From the NCBI GenBank assembly GCA_964016885.1, contig OZ024744.1:47988001-48052000 (forward strand): 64,000 nt of DNA. The letters are read 5' to 3'. Positions 48,101 through 62,379 of the stretch are shown in pieces; position 1 is the stretch's first letter; each line of letters opens with the position of its first letter. The DNA is from Eledone cirrhosa (lineage: Eukaryota). A program made the position numbers and the translations under genes. The notes beneath the pieces were generated by a model, which saw nothing but the letters and a program-made list of their open reading frames with translations, was not told the origin of the DNA and ran no database searches.

Positions 48101-48361
48101 AGACCAGAACACCAACCACATCACATTAGACTATCAAGACCAGAACACCAACCACATCACATTAGACTATCAAGACCAGAACACCAACCACATTAGACTA
48201 TCAAGACCAGAACACCAACCACATTAGACTATCAAGACCAGAACACCAACCACATTAGACTATCAAGACCAGAACACCAACCACATCACATAAGACTATC
48301 AAGACCAGAACATAAACCACATCACATTAGACTATCAAGACCAGAACACCAACCACATCAC
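42121..48361 (+). repeat. Near-perfect tandem duplication of a ~3.1 kb unit (42121-45256 and 45257-48361)
   Basis: AAGGACAG (42495/45631), AACTAGATC (43381/46517) and GACGTGAAC (43585/46721) give offset 3136. AGATTTCAAG (43735/46840) and GACTAGCAAG (44921/48026) give offset 3105. Confidence 0.9.
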
Positions 48362-51269
48362 ATTAGACTATCAAGACCAGAACACCAACCACATCACATT
48401 AGACAATCAAGACCAGAACACTAACCACATTAGACTATCAAGACCAGAACACCAACCACATTAGACTAGCAAGACCAGAACACCAACCACATTAGACTAT
48501 CAAGACCAGAACACCAACCACATTAGACTATCAAGACCAGAACTCCAACCACATTAGACTATCAAGACCAGAACACCAACCACATCACATTAGACTATCA
48601 AGACCAGAACACCAACCACATTAGACTATCAAGACCAGAACACCAACAATATCATTTTAGACTATCAAGACCAGAACACCAACCACATTAGACTATCAAG
48701 ACCAGAACACCAACAACATTAGACTATCAAGACCAGAACACCAACCACATCACATTAGACTATCAAGACCAGAACACCAACCACGTTAGACTATCAAGAC
48801 CAGAACACCAACCACATCACATTTGACTATCAAGACCAGAACACCAACCACATCACATTAGACTATCAAGACCAGAACACAAACCACATCACATTAGACT
48901 ATCAAGACCAGAACACCAACCACATCACATTAGACTATCAAGACCAGAACACCAACCACATTAGACTATCAAGACCAGAACTCCAACCACATTAGACTAT
49001 CAAGAGAAGAACACCAACCACATCACTTTAGACTATCAAGACCAGAACACCAACCACATTAGACTATCAAGACCAGAACTCCAACCACATTAGACTATCA
49101 AGACCAGAACACCAACAACATTAGACTATCAACACCAGAACACCAACCACATTAGTCTATCAAGACCAGAACTCCAACCACATTAGACTATCAAGACCAG
49201 AACACCAACCACATTAGACTATCAAGACCAGAACACCAACCACATCACATTTGACTATCAAGACCAGAACACCAACCACATCACATTAGACTATCAAGAC
49301 CAGAAAACCAACCACATCACATTAGACTATCAAGACCAGAACACCAACCACATCACATTAGACTATCAAGACCAGAACACCAACCACATTAGACTATCAA
49401 GACCAGAACAGCAACCACATCACATTAGACTATCAAGACCAGAACACCAACCACATTATACTATCAAGACCAGAACACCAACCACATTAGACTATCAAGA
49501 CCAGAACACCAACCACATTAGACTATCAAGACCAGAACACCAACCACATCACATTAGACTATCAAGACCAGAACACCAACCACATTAGACTATCAAGACC
49601 AGAACACCAACCACATTAGACTATCAAGACCAGAACACCAACCACATTAGACTATCAAGACCAGAACACCAACCACATCACATTAGACTATCAAGACCAG
49701 AACACCAACCACATTAGACTATCAAGACCAGAACACCAACCACATTAGACTATCAAGACCAGAACACCAACCACATCACATTAGACTATCAAGACCAGAA
49801 CACCAACCACATTAGACTATCAAGACCAGAACACCAACCACATCAGATTAGACTATCCTGACCAGAACACCAACCACATTAGACAATCAAGAACAGAACT
49901 CCAACCACATTACAATATCAAGACCAGAACACCAACCACATCACATTAGACTATCAAGACCAGAACACCAACCACATCACATTAGACTATCAAGACCAGA
50001 ACACCAAACACATTAGACTATCATGACCAGAACACCAACCACATTAGACTATCAAGACCATAACACCAACCACATCACATCAGACTATCAAGAGCAGAAC
50101 ACCAACCACATTAGACTATCAAGACCAGAACACCAACCACATTAGACTATCAAGACCAGAACACCAACCACATTAGACTATCAAGACCAGAACACCAACC
50201 ACATTAGACTATCAAGACCAGAACACCAACCACATTAGACTATCAAGACCAGAACACCAACCACATTAGACTATCAAGACCAGAACACCAACCACATCAC
50301 AGAAGACTATCAAGACCAGAACATAAACCACATCACATTAGACTATCAAGACCAGAACACCAACCACATCACATTAGACTATCAAGACCAGAACACCAAC
50401 CACATCACATTAGACTATCAAGACCTGAACACCAACCACATCACATTAGACTATCAAGACCAGAACACCAACAACATCACATTAGACTATCAAGACCAGA
50501 ACACCAACCACATTAGACTATCAAGAACAGAACACCAACAACATTAGACTATCAAGACCATAACACCAACCACATTAGACTATCAAGAACAGAACACCAA
50601 CCACATTAGACTATCAAGACCAGAACACCAACAACAATAGACTATCAAGACCAGAACACCAACCACATTAGACTATCAAGAACAGAACACCAACCACATT
50701 AGACTATCAAGACAAGAACACCAACCACATTAGACTATCAAGAACAGAACACCAACCACATTAGACTATCAAGAACAGAACACCAACCACATTAGACTAT
50801 CAAGAACAGAACACCAACCACATCACATTAGCCTATCAAGAACAGAACACCAACCACATTAGACTATCAAGACCAGAACACCAACCACATTAGACTATCA
50901 AAACCAGAACACCAACCACATCACATTAGACTATCAAGACCAGAACACCAACCACATTAGACTATCAAGACCAGAACACCAACCACATCACATTAGAATA
51001 TCCAGACCAGAACACCAACCATATCACATTAGACTATCAAGACCTGAACACCAACAACATCACATTAGACTATCAAGACCAGAACACCAACAACATCACA
51101 TTAGACTATCAAGACCAGAACACCAACCACATTAGACTATCAAGAACATAACACCAACAACATTAGACTATCAAGAACATAACACCAACCACATTAGACT
51201 ATCAAGAACAGAACACCAACCACATTAGACTATCAAGAACAGAACACCAACCACATTAGACTATCAAGA

Positions 51270-54200
51270 CCAGAACACCAACCACATCACATTAGCCTAT
51301 CAAGAACAGAACACCAACCACATTAGACTATCAAGACCAGAACACCAACCACATTAGACTATCAAGAACAGAACACAAACCACATTAGACCATCAAGACC
51401 AGAACACCAACCACATTAGACTATCAAGACCAGAACACCAAACACATTACACTATCAAGAACAGAACACCAACCACATTAGACTATCAAGAACAGAACAC
51501 CAACCACATTAGACTATCAAGAACAGAACACCAACCACATTAGACTATCAAGAACAGAACACCAACCACATTAGACTATCAAGAACAGAACACCAACCAC
51601 ATTAGACTATCAAGAACAGAACACAAACCACATTAGACTATCAAGACCAGAACATTAACAACATCACATAGTCTATCAAGACCAGAACACCAACAACATC
51701 ACATTAGACTATCAAGACCAGAACACCACCCACATCACATTAGACTATCAAGAGCAGAACACCAAACACATCACATTAGACTATCAAGACCAGAACACCA
51801 ACCACATTAGACTACCAAGACCAGAACACCAACCACATCACATTGGACTATTAAGACCAGAACACCAACCACATTAGACTATCAAGACCAGAACTCCAAC
51901 CACATTAGACTATCAAGACCAGAACACTAACCACATCACATTAGACTATCAAAACCATAACACCAACCACATTAGACTATCAAGACCATAACACCAACCA
52001 CATTAGACTATCAAGACCAGAACAACAACTAGATCACATTAGACTATCAAGACCAGAACATCAACAATATCATTTTAGACTATCAAGACCAGAACACCAA
52101 CAATATACCATTAGACTATCAAGACCAGAACACCAACCACATCACATTAGACTATCAAGACCAGAACACCAACCACATCACATTAGACTATCAAGACCAG
52201 AACACCAACCACATCACATTAGACTATCAAGACGTGAACACCAACCACATTAGACTATCAAGACCAGAACACCAACCACATTAGACTATCAAGACCAGAA
52301 CACCAACCACATTTGACTATCAAGACCAGAACACCAACCACATCACATTAGACTATCAAGACCAGAACACCAACCACATTAGATTTCAAGACCAGAACAC
52401 CAACCACATTATACTGTCAAGACCAGAACACCAACCACATCACATTAGAATATCAAGACCAGAACACCAACCACATTAGACTATCAAGACCAGAACACCA
52501 ACCACATCACATTAGACTATCAAGAACAGAACACCAACCACATCACATTAGACTATCAAGACCAGTACACGAACCACATCACATTAGACTATCAAGACCA
52601 GAACACCAACCACATCACATTAGACTATCAAGACGTGAACACCAACCACATTAGACTATCAAGACCAGAACACCAACAACATTAGACTATCAAGACCAGA
52701 ACGCCAACCACATTAGACTATCAAGACCAGAACACCAACCACATCACATTAGACTATCAAGACCAGAACACCAACAACATCACATTAGACTACCAAGACC
52801 ATAACACCAACCATATTAGACTATCAAGACCAGAACACCAACCACATCACATTAGACTATCAAGACCAGAACACCAACCACATTAGACTATCAAGACCAG
52901 AACACCAATCACATTAGACTATCAAGGCCAGAACACCAACCACATCACATTAGAATATCAAGACCAGAACACCAACCACATTAGACTATCAAGACCAGAA
53001 CACCAACCACATCACATTAGACTATCAAGACCAGAACACCAACCACATTAGACTATCAAGAACAGAACACCAACCACATTAGACTATCAAGAAAAGAACA
53101 CCAACCACATTAGACTATCAAGACCAGAACACCAACCACATCACATTAGACTATCAAGACCAGAACACTAACCACATTAGGCTATCAAGACCAGAACACT
53201 AACAACATCACATAGTCTATCAAGACCAGAACACCAACAACATCACATTAGACTATAAAGACCAGAACACCAACAACATCACATTAGACTATCAAGACCA
53301 GAACACCACCTACATCACATTAGACTATCAAAACCAGAACACCAAACACATCACATAAGACTATCAAGACCAGAACACCAACCACATTAGACTACCATGA
53401 CCAGAACAACAACCACATCACATTAGACTATTAAGACCAGAACACCAACCACATCACATTAGACTATCAAGACCAGAACACCAACCACATTAGACTATCA
53501 AGACCAGAAATCCAACCACATCACATTAGACTATCAAGACCAGAACACCAACCACATTAGACTATCAAGACCAGAACACCAACCACATCACATTAGACTA
53601 TCAAGACCAGAACACCAACCACATCACATTAGACTATCAAGACCAGAACACCAACCACATCACATTAGACTATCAAGACCATAACACCAACCACATTAGA
53701 CTATCAAGACCATAACACCAACCACATTAGACTATCAAGACCAGAACACCAACCACATTAGACTATCAAGACCAGAACACCAACCACATTAGACTATCAA
53801 AACCAGAACACCAACCACATCACATAAGACTATCAAGACCAGAACATAAACCACATCACATTAGACTATCAAGACCAGAACACCAACCACATCACATTAG
53901 ACTATCAAGACCAGAACACCAACCACATCACATTAGACCATCAAGACCAGAACACCAACCACATCACATTAGACTATCAAGACCAGAACACCAACCACAT
54001 CACATTAGACTATCAAGACCAGAACACCAACCACATTAGACTATCAAGACCAGAACACCAACCACATTAGACTATCAAGACCAGAACACCAACCACATTA
54101 GACTATCAAGACCAGAACACCAACCACATCACATAAGACTATCAAGACCAGAACATAAACCACATCACATTAGACTATCAAGACCAGAACACCAACCACA

Positions 54201-57200
54201 TCACATTAGACTATCAAGACCAGAACACCAACCACATCACATTAGACTATCAAGACCAGAACACTAACCACATTAGACTATCAAGACCAGAACACCAACC
54301 ACATTAGACTATCAAGACCAGAACACCAACCACATTAGACTATCAAGACCAGAACACCAACCACATTAGACTATCAAGACCAGAACTCCAACCACATTAG
54401 ACTATCAAGACCAGAATACCAACCACATCACATTAGACTATCAAGACCAGAACACCAACCACATTAGACTATCAAGACCAGAACACCAACAATATCATTT
54501 TAGACTATCAAGACCAGAACACCAACCACATTAGACTATCAAGACCAGAACACCAACAACATTAGACTATCAAGACCAGAACACCAACCACATCACATTA
54601 GACTATCAAGACCAGAACACCAACCACGTTAGACTATCAAGACCAGAACACCAACCACATCACATTTGACTATCAAGACCAGAACACCAACCACATCACA
54701 TTAGACTATCAAGACCAGAACACAAACCACATCACATTAGACTATCAAGACCAGAACACCAACCACATCACATTAGACTATCAAGACCAGAACACCAACC
54801 ACATTAGACTATCAAGACCAGAACTCCAACCACATTAGACTATCAAGAGAAGAACACCAACCACATCACATTAGACTATCAAGACCAGAACACCAACCAC
54901 ATTAGACTATCAAGACCAGAACTCCAACCACATTAGACTATCAAGACCAGAACACCAACAACATTAGACTATCAACACCAGAACACCAACCACATTAGAC
55001 TATCAAGACCAGAACTCCAACCACATTAGACTATCAAGACCAGAACACCAACCACATTAGACTATCAAGACCAGAACACCAACCACATCACATTTGACTA
55101 TCAAGACCAGAACACCAACCACATCACATTAGACTATCAAGACCATAACACCAACCACATTAGACTATCAAGACCATAACACCAACCACATTAGACTATC
55201 AAGACCAGAACAACAACTAGATCACATTAGACTATCAAGACCAGAACATCAACAATATCATTTTAGACTATCAAGACCAGAACACCAACAAAATCACATT
55301 AGACTATCAAGACCAGAACACCAACCACATCACATTAGACTATCAAGACCAGAACACCAACCACATCACATTAGACTATCAAGACCAGAACACCAACCAC
55401 ATCACATTAGACTATCAAGACGTGAACACCAACCACATTAGACTATCAAGACCAGAACACCAACCACATTAGACTATCAAGACCAGAACACCAACCACAT
55501 TAGACTATCAAGACCAGAACACCAACCACATCACATTAGACTATCAAGACCAGAACACCAACCACATTAGATTTCAAGACCAGAACACCAACCACATTAT
55601 ACTATCAAGACCAGAACACCAACCACATCACATTAGACTATCAAGAACAGAACACCAACCACATCACATTAGACTATCAAGACCAGAACACCAACCACAT
55701 CACATTAGACTATCAAGACCAGAACACCAACCACATCACATTAGACTATCAAGACGTGAACACCAACCACATTAGACTATCAAGACCAGAACACCAACCA
55801 CATTAGACTATCAAGACCAGAACACCAACCACATTAGACTATCAAGACCAGAACACCAACCACATCACATTAGACTATCAAGACCAGAACACCAACAACA
55901 TCACATTAGACTATCAAGACCATAACACCAACCATATTAGACTATCAAGACCAGAACACCAACCACATCACATTAGACTATCAAGACCAGAACACCAACC
56001 ACATTAGACTATCAAGACCAGAACACCAACCACATTAGACTATCAAGACCAGAACACCAACCACATCACATTAGAATATCAAGACCAGAACACCAACCAC
56101 ATTAGACTATCAAGACCAGAACACCAACCACATCACATTAGACTATCAAAACCAGAACACCAACCACATTAGACTATCAAGAACAGAACACCAACCACAT
56201 TAGACTATCAAGAACAGAACACCAACCTCATTAGACTATCAAGACCAGAACACCAACCACATCACATTAGACTATCAAGACCAGAACACTAACCACATTA
56301 GACTATCAAGACCAGAACACTAACAACATCACATAGTCTATCAAGAACAGAACACCAACAACATCACATTAGACTATAAAGACCAGAACACCAACAACAT
56401 CACATTAGACTATCAAGACCAGAACACCACCCACATCACATTAGACTATCAAAACCAGAACACCAAACACATCACATAAGACTATCAAGACCAGAACACC
56501 AACCACATTAGACTACCATGACCAGAACAACAACCACATCACATTAGACTATTAAGACCAGAACACCAACCACATCACATTAGACTATCAAGACCAGAAC
56601 ACCAACCACATTAGACTATCAAGACCAGAACTCCAACCACATCACATTAGACTATCAAGACCAGAACACCAACCACATTAGACTATCAAGACCAGAACAC
56701 CAACCACATCACATTAGACTATCAAGACCAGAACACCAACCACATCACATTAGAATATCAAGACCAGAACACCAACCACATCACATTAGACTATCAAGAC
56801 CATAACACCAACCACATTAGACTATCAAGACCATAACACCAACCACATTAGACTATCAAGACCAGAACACCAACCACATTAGACTATCAAGACCAGAACA
56901 CCAACCACATTAGACTATCAAGACCAGAACACCAACCACATCACATAAGACTATCAAGACCAGAACATAAACCACATCACATTAGACTATCAAGACCAGA
57001 ACACCAACCACATCACATTAGACTATCAAGACCAGAACACCAACCACATCACATTAGACTATCAAGACCAGAACACCAACCACATCACATTAGACTATCA
57101 AGACCAGAACACCAACCACATCACATTAGACTATCAAGACCAGAACACCAGCCACATTAGACTATCAAGACCAGAACACCAACTACATTAGACTATCAAG

Positions 57201-57400
57201 ACCAGAACACCAACCACATTAGACTATCAAGACCAGAACACCAACCACATCACATAAGACTATCAAGACCAGAACATAAACCACATCACATTAGACTATC
57301 AAGACCAGAACACCAACCACATCACATTAGACTATCAAGACCAGAACACCAACCACATCACATTAGACTATCAAGACCAGAACACTAACCACATTAGACT
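51270..57400 (+). repeat. Third and partial fourth, more diverged copies of the right-domain ~3.1 kb unit
   Basis: AACTAGATC at 52030 and 55218. GACGTGAAC, AGATTTCAAG, CATAGTCTAT and GACTACCATGAC recur in the same order as in 42-48 kb. Confidence 0.75.
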
Positions 57401-60400
57401 ATCAAGACCAGAACACCAACCACATTAGACTATCAAGACCAGAACACCAACCACATCACATTAGACTATCAAGACCAGAACACCAACCACATTAGACTAT
57501 CAAGACCAGAACACCAACAATATCATTTTAGACTATCAAGACCAGAACACCAACCACATTAGACTATCAAGACCAGAACACCAACAACATTAGACTATCA
57601 AGACCAGAACACCAACCACATCACATTAGACTATCAAGACCAGAACACCAACCACATTAGACTATCAAGACCAGAACACCAACCACATCACATTTGACTA
57701 TCAAGACCAGAACACCAACCACATCACATTAGACTATCAAGACCAGAACACAAACCACATCACATTAGACTATCAAGACCAGAACACCAACCACATCACA
57801 TTAGACTATCAAGACCAGAACACCAACCACATTAGACTATCAAGACCAGAACTCCAACCACATTAGACTATCAAGAGAAGAACACCAACCACATCACATT
57901 AGACTATCAAGACCAGAACACCAACCACATTAGACTATCAAGACCAGAACTCCAACCACATTAGACTATCAAGACCAGAACACCAACAACATTAGACTAT
58001 CAACACCAGAACACCAAGCACATTAGACTATCAAGACCAGAACTCCAACCACATTAGACTATCAAGACCAGAACACCAACCACATTAGACTATCAAGACC
58101 AGAACACCAACAACATTAGACTATCAAGACCAGAACACCAACCACATCACATTAGACTATCAAGACCAGAACAACAACCACATTAGACTATCAAGACCAG
58201 AACACCAACCACATCACATTTGACTATCAAGACCAGAACACCAACCACATCACATTAGACTATCAAGACCAGAACACCAACCACATCACATTAGACTATC
58301 AAGACCAGAACACCAACCACATCACATTAGACTATCAAGACCAGAACACCAACCACATTAGACTATCAAGACCAGAATACCAACCACATCACATTAGACT
58401 ATCAAGACCAGAACACCAACCACATTAGACTATCAAGACCAGAACACCAACCACATTAGACTATCAAGACCAGAACACCAACCACATTAGACTATCAAGA
58501 CCAGAACACCAACCACATCACATTAGACTATCAAGACCAGAACACCAACCACATTAGACTATCAAGACCAGAACACCAACCACATTAGACTATCAAGACC
58601 AGAACACCAACCACATCACATTAGACTATCAAGACCAGAACACCAACCACATTAGACTATCAAGACCAGAACACCAACCACATCAGATTAGACTATCCTG
58701 ACCAGAACACCAACCACATTAGACTATCAAGAACAGAACTCCAACCACATTACACTATCAAGACCAGAACACCAACCACATCACATTAGACTATCAAGAC
58801 CAGAACACCAACCACATCACATTAGACTATCAAGACCAGAACACCAACCACATTAGACTATCAAGACCAGAACACCAACCACATTAGACTATCAAGACCA
58901 GAACACCGACCACATCACATTAGACTATCAAGACCAGAACACCAACCACATTAGACTATCAAGACCAGAACACCAACCACATCAGATTAGACTATCCTGA
59001 CCAGAACACCAACCACATTAGACTATCAAGAACAGAACTCCAACCACATTACACTATCAAGACCAGAACACCAACCACATCACATTAGACTATCAAGACC
59101 AGAACACCAACCACATCACATTAGACTATCAAGACCAGAACACCAACCACATCACATTAGACTATCAAGACCATAACACAAACCACATTAGACTATCAAG
59201 ACCATAACACCAACCACATTAGACTATCAAGACCAGAACACCAACCACATCACATTAGACTATCAAGACCAGAACACCAACCACATTAGACTATCAAGAC
59301 CAGAACACCAACCACATTAGACTATCAAGACCAGAACACCAACCACATTAGACTATCAAGACCAGAACACCAACCACATTAGACTATCAAGACCAGAACG
59401 CCAACCACATTAGACTATCAAGACCAGAACACCAACCACATTAGACTATCAACACCAGAACACCAACCTCATTAGACTATCAAGACCAGAACACCAACAA
59501 CATCACATTAGACTATCAAGACCAGAACACCAACCACATCACATTAGACTATCAAGACCAGAACACCAACCACATTAGACTATCAAGACCAGAACACCAA
59601 CACATCACATTAGACTATCAAGACCAGAACACCAACCACATCACAGTAGACTATCCTGACCAGAACACCAACCACATTAGACTATCAAGACCAGAACTCC
59701 AACCACATTAGACTGTCAAGACCAGAACACCAACCACATCACATTAGACTATCAAGACCAGAACACCAACCACATTAGACTATCAAGACCAGAACACCAA
59801 CCACATCACATTAGACTATCAAGACCAGAACACCAACCACATCACATTAGACTATCAAGACCAGAACACCAACCACATCACATTAGACTATCAAGACCAT
59901 AACACAAACCACATTAGACTATCAAGACCATAACACCAACCACATTAGACTATCAAGACCAGAACACCAACCACATTAGACTATCAAGACCAGAACACCA
60001 ACCACATTAGACTATCAAGACCAGAACATCAACCACATCACATAAGACTATCAAGACCAGAACATAAACCACATCACATTAGACTATCAAGACCAGAACA
60101 CCAACCACATCACATTAGACTATCAAGACCAGAACACCAACCACATTAGACTATCAAGGACAGAACACCAACCATATTAGACTATCAAGACCAGAACACC
60201 AACCACATTAGACTATCAACAACAGAACACCAACCACATTAGACTATCAAGAACAGAACACCAACCACATTAGACTATCAAGACCAGAACACCAACCACA
60301 TCACATTAGCCTATCAAGAACAGAACACCAACCACATCACATTAGACTATCAAGACCAGAATACCAACCACATTAGACTATCAAGACCAGAACTCCAACC

Positions 60401-62379
60401 ACATCACATTAGACTATCAAGACCAGAACACCAACCACATTAGACTATCAAGACCAGAACACCAACCACATCACATTAGACTATCAAGACCAGAACACCA
60501 ACCACATCACATTAGACTATCAAGACCAGAACACCAACCACATCACATTAGACTATCAAGACCATAACACCAACCACATTAGACTATCAAGACCATAACA
60601 CCAACCACATTAGACTATCAAGACCAGAACACCAACCACATTAGACTATCAAGACCAGAACACCAACCACATTAGACTATCAAGACCAGAACACCAACCA
60701 CATCACATAAGACTATCAAGACCAGAACATAAGCCACATCACATTAGACTATCAAGACCAGAACACCAACCACATCACATTAGACTATCAAGACCAGAAC
60801 ACCAACCACATCACATTAGACCATCAAGACCAGAACACCAACCACATCACATTAGACTATCAAGACCAGAACACCAACCACATCACATTAGACTATCAAG
60901 ACCAGAACACCAACCACATTAGACTATCAAGACCAGAACACCAACCACATTAGACTATCAAGACCAGAACACCAACCACATTAGACTATCAAGACCAGAA
61001 CACCAACCACATCACATAAGATTATCAAGACCAGAACATAAACCACATCACATTAGACTATCAAGACCAGAACACCAACCACATCACATTAGACTATCAA
61101 GACCAGAACACCAACCACATCACATTAGACTATCAAGACCAGAACACTAACCACATTACACTATCAAGACCAGAACACCAACCACATTAGACTAGCAAGA
61201 CCAGAACACCAACCACATTAGACTATCAAGACCAGAACACCAACCACATTAGACTATCAAGACCAGAACTCCAACCACATTAGACTATCAAGACCAGAAC
61301 ACCAACCACATCACATTAGACTATCAAGACCAGAACACCAACCACATTAGACTATCAAGACCAGAACACCAACAATATCATTTTAGACTATCAAGACCAG
61401 AACACCAACCACATTAGACTATCAAGACCAGAACACCAACAACATTAGACTATCAAGACCAGAACACCAACCACATCACATTAGACTATCAAGACCAGAA
61501 CACCAACCACGTTAGACTATCAAGACCAGAACACCAACCACATCACATTTGACTATCAAGACCAGAACACCAACCACATCACATTAGACTATCAAGACCA
61601 GAACACAAACCACATCACATTAGACTATCAAGACCAGAACACCAACCACATCACATTAGACTATCAAGACCAGAACACCAACCACATTAGACTATCAAGA
61701 CCAGAACTCCAACCACATTAGACTATCAAGAGAAGAACACCAACCACATCACTTTAGACTATCAAGACCAGAACACCAACCACATTAGACTATCAAGACC
61801 AGAACTCCAACCACATTAGACTATCAAGACCAGAACACCAACAACATTAGACTATCAACACCAGAACAGCAACCACATTAGTCTATCAAGACCAGAACTC
61901 CAACCACATTAGACTATCAAGACCAGAACACCAACCACATTAGACTATCAAGACCAGAACACCAACCACATCACATTTGACTATCAAGAACAGAACACCA
62001 ACCACATCACATTAGACTATCAAGACCAGAAAACCAACCACATCACATTAGACTATCAAGACCAGAACACCAACCACATCACATTAGACTATCAAGACCA
62101 GAACACCAACCACATTAGACTATCAAGACCAGAACACCAACCACATCACATTAGACTATCAAGACCAGAACACCAACCACATTATACTATCAAGACCAGA
62201 ACACCAACCACATTAGACTATCAAGACCAGAACACCAACCACATTAGACTATCAAGACCAGAACACCAACCACATTAGACTATCAAGACCAGAACACCAA
62301 CCACATCACATTAGACTATCAAGACCAGAACACCAACCACATTAGACTATCAAGACCAGAACACCAACCACATTAGACT

